DNA of 64,000 bases, taken from Cladosporium halotolerans (lineage: Eukaryota). This document shows positions 9,971 through 22,714 of the stretch, piece by piece. Made by a program: the position numbers and the translations under genes. The stretch lies in assembly GCF_011745625.1 (NCBI RefSeq), contig NW_027191479.1, forward strand, positions 1-64,000, given 5' to 3'. Below the pieces are notes generated by a model, which did not search any database, had not been told where the DNA came from, and saw only the letters and a program-made list of their open reading frames with translations. The stretch's first letter is position 1. Every line of letters starts with the position of its first letter.

Positions 9971-12874
9971 CTACCAAATCCTCTTAGCAGCCATCATATA
10001 CCTCCCAACCCCATCCAACCCATCCGACTCGCCACCCGCCTTCTCAGCCTTAGCCTTCGCACGCGCCTCTTTCTCCCTCAACTCCCTCAAAGCATCCGGA
10101 TCGTCATCGTAGATCCACCGCCTCTTCTCCTCACTGACCTCCACGACCCCCCACCCACCGACTCTCTTGCCCTTAGCATCAGTCGACTGCATCTCGCGCT
10201 CCTTCATGCCCTCGTACCGGCTGCGCGAAAAAGAGAGGAGGATCATGCCGAGGACGAGCTTGAAGGCTAGCAGAATGAGAAAGAGAACGAGGAAGAAGAT
10301 GACCATGGTCGCGAGAGCGATGAAGTCGTCCATGGACCATGTGAAGGAGCTGCCGGACTCCATGCCCGCGCCGAAGGTGGAGCGGCCGAGAGCGCGTCGG
10401 AAGATGTGATCGACGTGCTGGAGGGCTTTTATGGTTGCAGGGCTGGTCGAGGCGGTCTCGTTGTCGAGAGCCACTGCTGTCGCTGCTGCAGGAACGGGCA
10501 TAGGCACGTGCGTGGCGAGAAACATGTGATACGTTTGCATGCTGGCTCTGATGAAAAGGCAGCTGAGAGGGATGACCGGGAGACCCAGGCGTTTGGTCAG
10601 ATTCTGGTCCGCGAAAGCGTGAGAGTAGTAGTCCTTCGCGAGGACGTCGAGGAATCGGCCGTAGATCGCCGGCTTTACGTTGTTGAATTTGTTGATGTAG
10701 GCGTGTTTAAGCCAGTCGACGATCATCTCGCTACCCAGAACGATCAGGAAGGGACCAAGCACTTCGCCCGTCCATCTAGGCATGAGAGTGAAAGCTTTGG
10801 GGATGATGCTGGTTTTCAGCGGGATTCCCGTGGCGTTGGCACCCAGCCCTGAGGTCGCCGTGCCACTCAGGGGGGAGCTGCCGAGCGAGATAGTAAGCCC
10901 GCCAACCTCGACGATATTGCGTAGCGCAATTATCATCAGCATGAGCCAGAGTTGGAAGCGCTCAACGACATCCGCGCAAGTGAGCTGGAACAGATTCTCC
11001 TTCTCAAACTTCTTGAACACCGTGCCTTTGATTTCCACAAACTGGTTGCTCATGAGCAGCGTCAACAGAGCATTAGAGTATGAGTTGACTGCGACATTCA
11101 GGGTGACGACCTGATAAAAGAGGGTTGTGGCGTGAATAAGGTTGTACGCCAGAGCGAGAATGAACATCCAGAGCGGGCGGATGACTTTGCTCCGTCCATC
11201 CGGTTTGCGCTCAAGTGTCTCTTTCGAGAATAAGCACTCGAGGACGTCCTGGCCAAGAGCCGAGAAAAGCCGGTCGAAAACCTCCAAAACGTTGTATATT
11301 ACGTATAGTTTGATCGCTGCTTGCCCGCGGATGGAATGATACATGCGACTTGCATCAAACCACATCAGCATAGTACTGCTGATCAATATTAGAGCGCCTA
11401 TCGGGTACGGTCAGCCATAATGTTCTGAGAAAATCACAGTAGAGAGCCAGGGCGATGCCTGGGCACTCGGATATGGAGGAAGAAATGACACAATTTTACC
11501 TTGTAGTAAGTCCGCCTTATGATTAGGCATGAGAGCAGACGGGGTCGACTTCGTCCTACGGTGTCGAAAACCAGTCCTTTTTTTCGACCTCTCTTTCGCC
11601 GCTATCGACGCCGTGTCTAGCTTCAGCATGGGTTTCGAAGGATTGTCCAACGCTTCGCTCGCCTCAGAAGGCCGCCGCGAGCTTGGCTGCTCGGCTCCGG
11701 ATGGGCGTCTCGATTCTGACGATGAGCCTCTGCGACGTCGCTGCCACATGCGACCAATACCGTCATACACGAATGCGCCCAGATCTCGCACTTCTTTCAC
11801 GGCATTCCGGGTCCACCATTGGATTAGAATGCCGATCGCTTTGAGAAAACGAAGGGGCAAAATGGTGAAAGTGAAGAGCCAGGAGTCCAGACAAGCCAGC
11901 GCGCCGAATATGAGAACCTGTTCGAGCTGAGGCGGTAGGCGGAGGAAATTCAGAAGCCTTTCAAACTTGACCTTGGATGACTCGTAGGGGAAGTCATTGG
12001 TCGCTGATCGATGGATGTACAAGGGCGAAGGCCGATCTGACGATAGTTCCAATTGAAGATAAGTCGGTAGCGAAAGAGGCGGTATGGGGATCATAGGAGG
12101 CATTGGTGAAGGCTGCGACATGTCCGGTGTTCGTGATGGTTTCAGAGTTGCGCTCGAGGTGTCACGATGGGCGTTATCGAGTTGCAGAGGCGCAGGCTTG
12201 GGAGGCCGGGATGATGAAGACTTTCGCGATATCACAGGCGTCGAAGTTGAACGCATTGCCTTGCCTGGCCGGGGATTCACGACGGCGCCTGGTGTGGCAT
12301 TGACACTTCGGAAGCTCATCGTATTTCCCGGGGCGGCCTCATCAGAAGAGAATATCGCGAGACCATTCAAACCGCCTTTGCGCCCTTCTCGCGGATGCTC
12401 TTCGACGGTGTCCAATTGATTTTGCGCATTCAGACCATTAGGCAAGGGCGGGATGTCGCTGTCATGAGAATCCGCTGGTCGCATAGGTATTGATCCGGGA
12501 GATGAAGTGAGCTCTTGAATTTGTTTCGGGGACAGCTTCAGCATCTTGGGAGTTTCTCCATTCATTGTTCGCGGCGAAGCAGGCGTGCTGCTCTTCCTTG
12601 AGCCCTCGTGATCACCCTCCCCTCTTGACCTTCCTCCAGTAGAAGCCGGTGGCCGTTCAAAATGTCCATTCCCATTGACACGACCATTTATCTTTCCAGT
12701 GGCATCGCCATCCTCAATAACCTCCTCATAGCTCGGGAACGGCGCAGGTCCCTCATCTCCATGTTCACCGATCGGGGTCAAGGCAGGAGTCTCAAGCTGA
12801 CCGTTGCTCGTCGCAGGAGGGAATCCGTTCGCGTGACCGTTCGCATCACCGTTCGTAACATGAGGACTGCTCAT
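9971..12874 (-). CDS. EMP65: TAPT1/Emp65 (DUF747) ER membrane protein, ~933 aa, 2 exons
   Basis: Exons 12874-11500 and 11397-9971 (intron GTAAAA..GCTGAC..TAG). Conserved DASRMYHSIRGQAAIKLYVIYNVLEV, NQFVEIKGTVFKKFEKENLFQLTCADVVERFQL and DWLKHAYINKFN. Confidence 0.92.
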
Positions 12875-13145
12875 GATTTGATCTGTCCGGCAGATTCATG
12901 GCTAGTGCATCAAAGCGAGTCGCGGAATAATCAAGACGGTTGTCCCTCGCCTAAAGCTGACCGACCGCACCGCGCGCCGCGACCCTTTGTCTGAAGCTCT
13001 GGTGTCGATCAAAGCAGCCGCCAGACCTGCCCCAGAATTGCGCGGCGGGCGCTGCCTAACATCGTTCGGCCGAGATATAACATGTGAAAGGTGCCCTTCT
13101 AAACCTTGGAGCATTCCCCAAAGCAATCCGAACGGACTGCCCAAA

Positions 13146-13816
13146 ATGTCCGGCTACGAAGGTACGCCAGACCCCCAACCCTCTCACCAACCCCAAACAA
13201 CCTCACTAACACCCCCACCACCACAGTGGAACACAACATCAAACCCACCGCAGCCCAAGACCCTCCCCGCCGCCGCCCAGACCTCAGCACCTTCTTCTCC
13301 GCCCTCGACCAAGTCGACACCTCCGGCACTCACGCGCCCAACAACGCCCACTCCCTGCCTCTCCCGGGCGACATCTCCGCCGCCTTCCGCCTCCTCGCCA
13401 ACGCCTTCGACACCATGCGCGGCGGCGCCGGCGGCGGCCCGGCCTCCGCGCACGACGACCTCATGACCAGCCTAATCGAGTCCCTCATGCGCGAAGCCGA
13501 CAGCCCGCCGACGGAGCTCAAGGGCTGCCCGGACGAGTTCATCGCGGCGCTGGACCGGGTGCCGAAGGGCCAGCTGCGCGAAGACCAGAGCTGTCCGATC
13601 TGCGCGATGCCGTTCCTCGACGACGCGTACCCGCTCGTGGTGCGGCTGCCGTGCCACAGGGACCACTTGTTCGATCTGGAGTGTATCGAGCCGTGGCTGA
13701 AGCTGAACGCGACGTGTCCGATGGATCGGAAGACGCTGTGGAAGAGGCCGGAGGAGAAGAGGAGGGAGGCGAGGGAGGAGGATAGCGAGGAGGAGTTTGA
13801 TGATATGTATGCGTGA
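13146..13816 (+). CDS. RING-H2 finger protein (YBR062C-like putative E3 ligase), ~201 aa, 2 exons
   Basis: Exon 1 13146-13161, intron 13162-13226 (GTACGC..CTAAC..CAG), giving the start MSGYEVEHNI. RING CPIC..DDAYPLVVRLPCHRDHLFDLECIEPWLKLNATCPMDR followed by an acidic tail. Confidence 0.9.
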
Positions 13817-14154
13817 AGAGGGAGCCATGTCGCAGCGTGTGAGGGGAGCTGGTGCCGCAGGCTAGGATATCGTGATTTAGCGTGGCGTTGGGGTTGGGGC
13901 ATTTTGTTGTTGTTGGCGATGCGATGCACATGGTACGAAGCCCAGAAATAATGGCAAGAGCACGACGGCACAATGTTTGTGGATGCATCGGACGGAGCAC
14001 CTCAGGGTGAACATGAGAAATTGCAGACGAAGGTTATGGAACGGATACCGCGAAAGCCTGTTCTACCTTTCCCGATTTATCATAGCCGTTTTATTCTCCT
14101 CTCATCAAATCATCTATCGTCAGCGTGACCGGAACAAGCATTCGTCCGATCAAC

Positions 14155-15712
<1,558 letters not shown>

Positions 15713-16337
15713 TTATCAGTTGGAGTGGGATGAGAGGCAAGAGCGTTATTCCCGTGATGGCGGATAGGCGTGAAGGTCAATGATTTATATAAATTTATCG
15801 ACAAGTCGAGGTGCTGCTAATGTACTGCTTACGAATCGAAACCATCTCAAGTAGCTCCCGCCATTTTTGCTACTAGAACCGTGGAGTTGGCGTCATACCC
15901 GACGATAACTTGACGTTGTTGCCGGGACCGGCGCGGATGAGGAGCGTCATTGCTGCAGGGTCGAGCGTGCCGCCCGGCGGGGCGAGCTGTTCCGCCATGA
16001 GACCGAGCACGACCTCACGCATTGCAAACCGCATGTCAGCATCGGCAGGTTGCATATTGCATGTAACTGCAAGGCGGAAGAGAACGGTTCGCATGGGAAG
16101 CAGCTTAAGCATCGAGAGCCGCAATTGCCGCCTTTATCAAGAGCTCATCACCACAGCGAGATGCTGACAAAGGATGCTGCGGCTGCCGCGGGGCACGATG
16201 CTGACCCGCAATGCTTCAATTCCACCATCGCTGATGGCCGATCGAGCAATTGCCTACGCTGACAAAGCGAGAAGACGATGCAAAACGAAAACGCATCGCA
16301 ACAAGGCCGTCAACAGGGTATCTACAACTTGCAGTCT

Positions 16338-18218
16338 TCACCGGATCATCACGTCCTGCACGCCAATCCAATCCATCCCCATGACCTCCCCATCCATGAT
16401 CCCCTGTACATAGCACTCTCCTATCAGCTCATACCCATCGCCACAGCTCCTAAGCACATACGGCACGTCAGCTCCCACAGCTACAAAAACCAGGTCCCCT
16501 TCCCTCGCGCCATGCGGCGCCAGCCCAACCCAGCCGGCAGCAGACACGAAGAGCACCCTGCCACGCGTAGGACCTAGGACAAGAGTCCTCGTCGCACTGT
16601 GCGCGGGATCCGAAGGCGACTCCGAATCGTCCAGCAGGCTCCCGTGCCGATGCGACTGCTGCTCTTTGCCGGTGTAGTAGCCGTGCTTGCAGAGCATGAG
16701 GTCCCTGCGCAAAGCGTCGAAAGCGTCCAAGTGTGCGAAACTGCCCGGTGACCGCACCGTGCGCGCCAGAGCGATCGTTTGCGCCTCACGCCACCATTCG
16801 GCAATGTGCGCATGCGAGCCCTTCGAGGCGTCGAGGTCGCTGTGGTCGAGTCGCACGCGGCCGGCTTGATGGATCGTGTCGAAGATTTTGCCGCAGAGTT
16901 GCAAGCCGCTGTCGGGCTGCCAGTCGAAGAGGCCGAGGCGGGTGCCGCCTGCTGAAAAGCGGCGGCCAACGCCGAAGATCAAGGGCCGGGCGCGCAGGTC
17001 GACGGACCAGTCGGGGACCCAGGAGGCGAGCTTGGGAGAGGGGTCTTGGTTCTGGCGCCCGGCGCAGGAGAGCATGATCATGGCTCGGCGGACTTCGAAG
17101 TCGTCGGCGCTCATATCGAGGCCCAAGGGTAATCGTTGCTCGAGCTCGTTTGTTACTGTGCCTATCATCTGGAGCGCGAAGTCGGTGTAGACACTGTATG
17201 GGCTCATGGAGTAGTCTGGGCTGACGTCGTGTTTTCCAAGGCCGAGCAGGGCGTATATTTTGTCTCGGGGGTCAGTAGCACCAAGGTGACGCGACATGAA
17301 GAGAAGGTCAAGAAGATCAGGTTCACTCTCGTGCTGGTTCTCCTGTTCAGATTGAGGGTCAGTATCTGAGTCCGCCTGCCGTATCAAAGCCATCATGTGT
17401 CTTTGATGACGGAGTCTGATGCGGTTGATACGCGAGAAGGGCAGCTCTAAAGCAGTGACAGCTTGATCCAAATCCCACTGCTGAGGTAGCTGGCCTTCTA
17501 GAAGGGAAACAATCATCTCCAGCTCATTCCACGTGAAGCTCAGAGACCCCAAGACGAGCTCGACGTTCGGATTCATGGCTACTTCTTGGACAACCCACGT
17601 CCGCCAGAACCACGGCCGCCGAAGAATAAGAGCCAGTGCTTTCCAGCGTTTATGACCTCGCTTCGGAAGACCGTGAGTCTCCAAGTCCGTCGGGGCAAGC
17701 CCACTCACGGGCTGATAAAGAGCAATGTGCAAGAGCTGCTTCGCAAGCTGCATGCCAGCGCGACTATCATCATAATCGTCGCCCAGCCATACGATCACTT
17801 TTCGGGCCGACTTGAAGATGTCGCCCATCATGTTGACCTGAGCGTTGCGCTCGCGGACGCGCTCCTGACATACGCAGATCCAGTCGACCCAGAGAGTCAC
17901 GACATCGTCCGGGTGGCGGAAGCGATTCAGCGCCTCCCACAGGGTCTTGGTGACCGGCAGACGCTTGCCGTTGCAGAAGACGTTCTTGTCGCGCAGGCCA
18001 TCTCCCCAAGTGTATGACAGTGCATCGTAGGGAGTGCGGTCGGGCCCCGTGACGTAGTCTTCAAGCAGGTCGATGGCGATGGCGCGCGAGCCGCTGCCCG
18101 GCTGAATGTGCGCCAAGCGGATGCCGGTCTTGGAGTTCCTCAGCACGGGATACCTGAAGTCGGGCACGCTGTCGCCGCTGGGGTGCGGCGGGCTCTTCCA
18201 GCGAGTGATGATGCTCAT
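16338..18218 (-). CDS. HET-domain protein (HET-6-like), 626 aa, single exon
   Basis: HET blocks YDALSYTWG, LWVDWICVCQ, ERNAQVNMMGDIFKSARKVIVWLG, RPWFWRTWVVQE, ATDPRDKIYALLGL, SWVPDWS. HET-6-type C-terminus GWVGLAP..EGDLVFV..VPYVLR..YELIGECYVQGIMDGE. Confidence 0.93.
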   Translation of the reverse strand: MSIITRWKSPPHPSGDSVPDFRYPVLRNSKTGIRLAHIQPGSGSRAIAIDLLEDYVTGPDRTPYDALSYTWGDGLRDKNVFCNGKRLPVTKTLWEALNRFRHPDDVVTLWVDWICVCQERVRERNAQVNMMGDIFKSARKVIVWLGDDYDDSRAGMQLAKQLLHIALYQPVSGLAPTDLETHGLPKRGHKRWKALALILRRPWFWRTWVVQEVAMNPNVELVLGSLSFTWNELEMIVSLLEGQLPQQWDLDQAVTALELPFSRINRIRLRHQRHMMALIRQADSDTDPQSEQENQHESEPDLLDLLFMSRHLGATDPRDKIYALLGLGKHDVSPDYSMSPYSVYTDFALQMIGTVTNELEQRLPLGLDMSADDFEVRRAMIMLSCAGRQNQDPSPKLASWVPDWSVDLRARPLIFGVGRRFSAGGTRLGLFDWQPDSGLQLCGKIFDTIHQAGRVRLDHSDLDASKGSHAHIAEWWREAQTIALARTVRSPGSFAHLDAFDALRRDLMLCKHGYYTGKEQQSHRHGSLLDDSESPSDPAHSATRTLVLGPTRGRVLFVSAAGWVGLAPHGAREGDLVFVAVGADVPYVLRSCGDGYELIGECYVQGIMDGEVMGMDWIGVQDVMIR

Positions 18219-19463
18219 GTCTCACAGCTCAGTGCCGACGTCCGAACGAGTAAGGCATGTTTGATGAGAAATGGGGCGGCGCCAGGCTTAGCGGACCAGG
18301 CTTGGGGGCGGGGATGGGACTGGCGGACGAAACGCAGGCAGTGTGGGACGCGCGACGGACGGTGCACTAGGGCTGCCGGGAGCAGATGGCCATATGGATA
18401 GGGCGAGTCGACGACACAGCAGCACGCAGGCACGCAGCCCAACTCCGAGTCGAGGAGGGCGCTGGCGGTGTACAGTACAGCGAGTGGCCTGAGCCCAGCG
18501 CGTGAGACAGGGGACTGGCTGGCTTCGGCTGGCTGCGCGCGCGGCGAGGGTGAAGGCTGGGTGGGGGCGCGTGCATTGCGGGTTCCTTGCAGCGGCTCGC
18601 GCCGTCGGCGGGCAAACCGAGGTCCGTTCGCTGATTGGCGCGTGTGGGGAGGATCATCGGGCGCGCGAAGGACGGCGAGAGATGAAACGACAACGGCGCC
18701 TCTGCTCCTGTTGGCCTGCTGCTGGTCTGCTGTGACCTGCCCGTTTAGGGGAGGGCGAGCGCTGCGACTCTGCCACCGCCCACGCGCGCCAAGCAGGCGC
18801 ATGCCGCATCTTCCTCACGCCTCTGCCCAGCGACACGACCGTCCGCTCTGCACCGCGCTGTCGTGCAACTCTCCGATCCGCCGCCGCGCGCGTCTATCGC
18901 TTCGCGCGACCACGCTCACTACTCCTGCCTTACGATCTCTGCCATACCTGACGAACTCACGCGCCCGTCGCAGGACGACCCACTGCTGCTCACCGGACAA
19001 TCGCGACCGCGACCACTGCTGGTCGATTGTCCCGCCGTATTCTTGCGACTCGCACTTCACTCTCCTTTCACCCACAACGAAGCCATTGTCGCCGCGAACA
19101 AAGGCAGGCCAAGCCTCACATGCGACTGCGCATTCCTCCCCGCCTGCGCCGCACACCACTCGGTCTTCGTCACCTCGCGCACTCTTTGCGACGACACTCC
19201 ACTCGCTCTGGATAGCCCGGTCTCTATCGCCGGACCTTGTTTTATCTGCTGGTCAGACATACGCTCCCTCACATCATCCAATCTCACCACGACGAGTTTC
19301 ACGCGAAACGCCGCTGAAACTGCCGCTTCTATCAATCGAGACACTACCATCCCTCCCCGCGGAAGATCGAACAACCTCTTCCACGCGCACATGTGGCTTC
19401 AGCGGGTCTGAACGCGATTGGTTTTGACGTACTTAATTAATTCGTCCGCAACACTCATCCACA

Positions 19464-21713
19464 ATGGGCTGCTGCGGAGAACGCGAAAAAGGCCCTCCCG
19501 AGGCCACGGCAAAATGGACCTACATCAACCTTTCCGACTTCAAATCTACTTCTTCATGGAACACTCTTGCGTACATCTGGGTGTGGGTAATGGCATTCGT
19601 CTCGGTGGCGGTCTTTGCTGCCGATAGCTTCACAGCCGTCAACCTGCTTGCATTCAACAGATGGACAAGCAAGATCGAGCCCGCGCTCAAGATCGAATAC
19701 GCTCGATGGATTTTCGCTGGCTGCATTCTCTTTTCTTTCGCTCTCATCATCTTTTCCTGGTTCTTCGCCATCCGCGCAATCAGGAGAGGAGGTATCGCCG
19801 AAAGTTACATGGACCCTCTTGCTGCGACGCTTCAGAGTATGCGAGGCTCGGGTTGGCGGAGATTTCTGGTCTTCACCAACTTGACCAAGAGCAAGAAGGG
19901 CAACGACTACATTGCTTTCTTCGTCTACTTCTCCTTCCAGACTGCCATCCGCGTCATCATCGCTGAGGGCCCGCGTCAGGTCATCAACGGTATGACCCTC
20001 TATGAAGTTATGGAGAGGAGATTCCTGGAAGGCGGCGACTCCGACAAGCCCAACATCGTGCAATTCTGGGAGAACCTTCAGCATCTCTTCAACGAGGACG
20101 TCTACGTTGCAGCGACAGTTTGCGCCATGCTGTTCACCCTCATCATCTGGGTCATCAGCGCGCTGTCGTTGCTCATCTCTCTCATTCTGTACATCGTCTT
20201 CCTCTGGCACTACATCCCTCAGTCGGACGGCCGCTTGAAGATTTACTGTCGTCGCAAGATTGACAGACGTCTCGAAAAGATCGTCGAGAACAAGATCAAA
20301 GAGGCCCTTGAGCAAGAAGACAAACATGCTCGCAAGGCCGAACAAAAAGCGGAGCAAAAGGCAGAGTATCACCTGAAGAAGACAGGGACGATGCCTCCAC
20401 CGCCCGTCAAATTCACTCGACAGCCAACTCTGCCTACTGTGCCTGTCGCGGCCGACAGCAAGAACGACGACAAACTGCCGGAATTCACATTGGCAAGGAA
20501 GGACACATCCACCACCGTGTCTACGCTCCCTCCGTATACTAGCCGCCCGTCAACTAGCAGCGAGAACCCGCGCTTGGAATCACGACCTAGTCAGAGATCC
20601 ATGCACTCGGCCAGACCTTTACCAAGCAGAATGGCGACTCAGAGCTCGGGATTTCCGACGCCGACTGAGGAAATGGACGCCCCTCTGCTTGACAACGCAG
20701 GCTTTGCTGGCCATGTTGGCAGGGACATCTCTCGGCCGCCAACCGCCATGAGTCGTCAGGAATCCGACTCTTCACTTCGCAGGCCAGTGCCCGCGCGTAC
20801 AATGACCGCCGGCTCGCAAGCCTCAATGCAGATGTATCCGCCAATGCCGCCCATGGGACCACCCGGTGCAGCAAGGCCATTCTCTCCCATGTCGCGCACT
20901 GATTCACCAGGCCCGCGACCTCCCATGGGTCCACCCGGCATCAACAGAACCTTCTCTCCGATGTCACGGACCGACTCACCAGGTCCAAGACAGCCTGTTG
21001 GACCTCGTATGCCTATCGCCGATACACGTTCGCCTCCTCCAGGCAGCATGTACAACGAGCAACCACCTTTCAACGGACCGTCGCGTCAGAACACACCTGG
21101 CCCCATTCGCAACGACAGCAATGCCTCCTTCAACCGCCCGCCGCCAATGCCCCGTCAGCCCACGTTCGGAAGCATGCACAGCCAAGACCAGTCATTCTCC
21201 CGCCCAGCACCACCCCCAAGCGCGGTCAACTTCAACCGTCCCTTCTCACCCCCGTCCGCCGAACCCGACCAATCCCTTCCATACCCAACCGACAGCTACG
21301 AAATGACCTCGCACCCACACATAACGCACGCCCCCGCTCCGCCCTCCCTCTACGCGCCCTCGCCCCCGCCCGCCGCCGAAAAACCCCCCACCAGCGGCTT
21401 CGTCGCCTTCAACCCAGCCCTGCACAGCACCCCCGCTCCAGCACAACCGCAAATCCCCCAACGCAGCGTCACCGCCTCGCCCATCACGGGCTTCGGCTCC
21501 CAATCCGCCGCTCTCCCGCCCCTCGACGTCCCCCAGCGCAGCTTCACGGCGCCCGCCGCCGAGCACCTCGCGCCGTCGTCTCTCGACCCGCACCCGATGC
21601 CGTTCGACAACCGCGCCACGATCGGGTACTCGGATATCGTCGACGACTACGGCCGCGCGGACAGGGGCGCGACGCCTCCGCGTGCGGGACGTGGGGAGGA
21701 GAGGGGTTGGTAG
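19464..21713 (+). CDS. Kch1/Prm6-family low-affinity K+ transporter with long Pro/Ser-rich C-terminal tail, 749 aa
   Basis: N-terminal KWTYINLSDFK, ADSFTAVNLLAFNRW, several transmembrane segments, AEGPRQVINGMTLY and YCRRKIDRRL match the fungal KCH family. Confidence 0.85.
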   Translation: MGCCGEREKGPPEATAKWTYINLSDFKSTSSWNTLAYIWVWVMAFVSVAVFAADSFTAVNLLAFNRWTSKIEPALKIEYARWIFAGCILFSFALIIFSWFFAIRAIRRGGIAESYMDPLAATLQSMRGSGWRRFLVFTNLTKSKKGNDYIAFFVYFSFQTAIRVIIAEGPRQVINGMTLYEVMERRFLEGGDSDKPNIVQFWENLQHLFNEDVYVAATVCAMLFTLIIWVISALSLLISLILYIVFLWHYIPQSDGRLKIYCRRKIDRRLEKIVENKIKEALEQEDKHARKAEQKAEQKAEYHLKKTGTMPPPPVKFTRQPTLPTVPVAADSKNDDKLPEFTLARKDTSTTVSTLPPYTSRPSTSSENPRLESRPSQRSMHSARPLPSRMATQSSGFPTPTEEMDAPLLDNAGFAGHVGRDISRPPTAMSRQESDSSLRRPVPARTMTAGSQASMQMYPPMPPMGPPGAARPFSPMSRTDSPGPRPPMGPPGINRTFSPMSRTDSPGPRQPVGPRMPIADTRSPPPGSMYNEQPPFNGPSRQNTPGPIRNDSNASFNRPPPMPRQPTFGSMHSQDQSFSRPAPPPSAVNFNRPFSPPSAEPDQSLPYPTDSYEMTSHPHITHAPAPPSLYAPSPPPAAEKPPTSGFVAFNPALHSTPAPAQPQIPQRSVTASPITGFGSQSAALPPLDVPQRSFTAPAAEHLAPSSLDPHPMPFDNRATIGYSDIVDDYGRADRGATPPRAGRGEERGW

Positions 21714-22714
21714 GCGGGGAATGGGGTTGGGGTTCTGACGATTTGAAATGACTGTTACTTGGGTTTGGGTTTGAGCTTGTTGATTGAGTTGAGGCTGGCG
21801 GGTGATTGGTGTGGAGCGAGGTGTAGGCTGAGCTGAGCTGAGATGAGATGTGATGTTGTGTTATATACCCCCTTATTTTTCACTTTTTTGAGTTTTCGAA
21901 ATGCTAGGTTCTATTCACCCAATCTCGTTCTCTCTTCTCTGATCTTTCCTTGTGTCGTACGGCGTTACTCGTATTGATGACCCGTCCATTTGAGACCCTT
22001 TCGCTCCCAGAACCGTTCAGCTCAGCGCATCTCTCAACCAGCGCTATTATGTCCGTACTTCAAATCCTGCCTTCACTCCAATTTTGGTCCATTAGCAATC
22101 TGGAGCAACTAACCCAACGAGCAATCAGACCCCGACTATCCCCATCCTCCCTTACCAAATTCCACACGGAAGAAAGAAGAGAGCAAGCCTGCTAGATCAG
22201 TCACCATTTCTATCCAACAGTAACGGCCTCAATTGTGCGAGCTGATGGCGACACGGTAGATTCCTCGTTCGGGTCTTTAAGTGAACGTCGCTCTTCGATT
22301 TTTGGGAGGTCTTGGGAGGCATGGGTATGAGGTGGAAGTGGAGGGGAGGAGGCCGATGTCGGGTTTTGGAGGAGGGTGGTGGAGCAGGGCTGTTTTGGAG
22401 GGGTTGCTGGAAGGTGTTGGATTGATGACTGGGAGCAGGTGGGATTGATGCATTTGGGAGACTATCGACTTAGAGGCGATTGCGTTCACTGTAGATGTGT
22501 AGGATCATGGGACGTCACTCCTTATAGAGACGGAGGCAGGTCCTCGCTTTTGTTGATTCCATCCCGGGCCCCTGCAGAGAAACACCCCACTTGCCCTTCT
22601 GGTGAGCCGCGCAGCCCGGGCAGCCCACGTAGCTCGACCCCGCCAAACCCTCAGCACAGTGACACAACTCCACCTCATCACCTGCGCGTCGCCCTCCCCA
22701 AATTTCGCCGCCCA

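Noticed and set aside
18215..19427. ORFs of 180-320 aa between the HET and Kch genes
   Set aside because: GC-rich divergent promoter/UTR sequence with no coding features.
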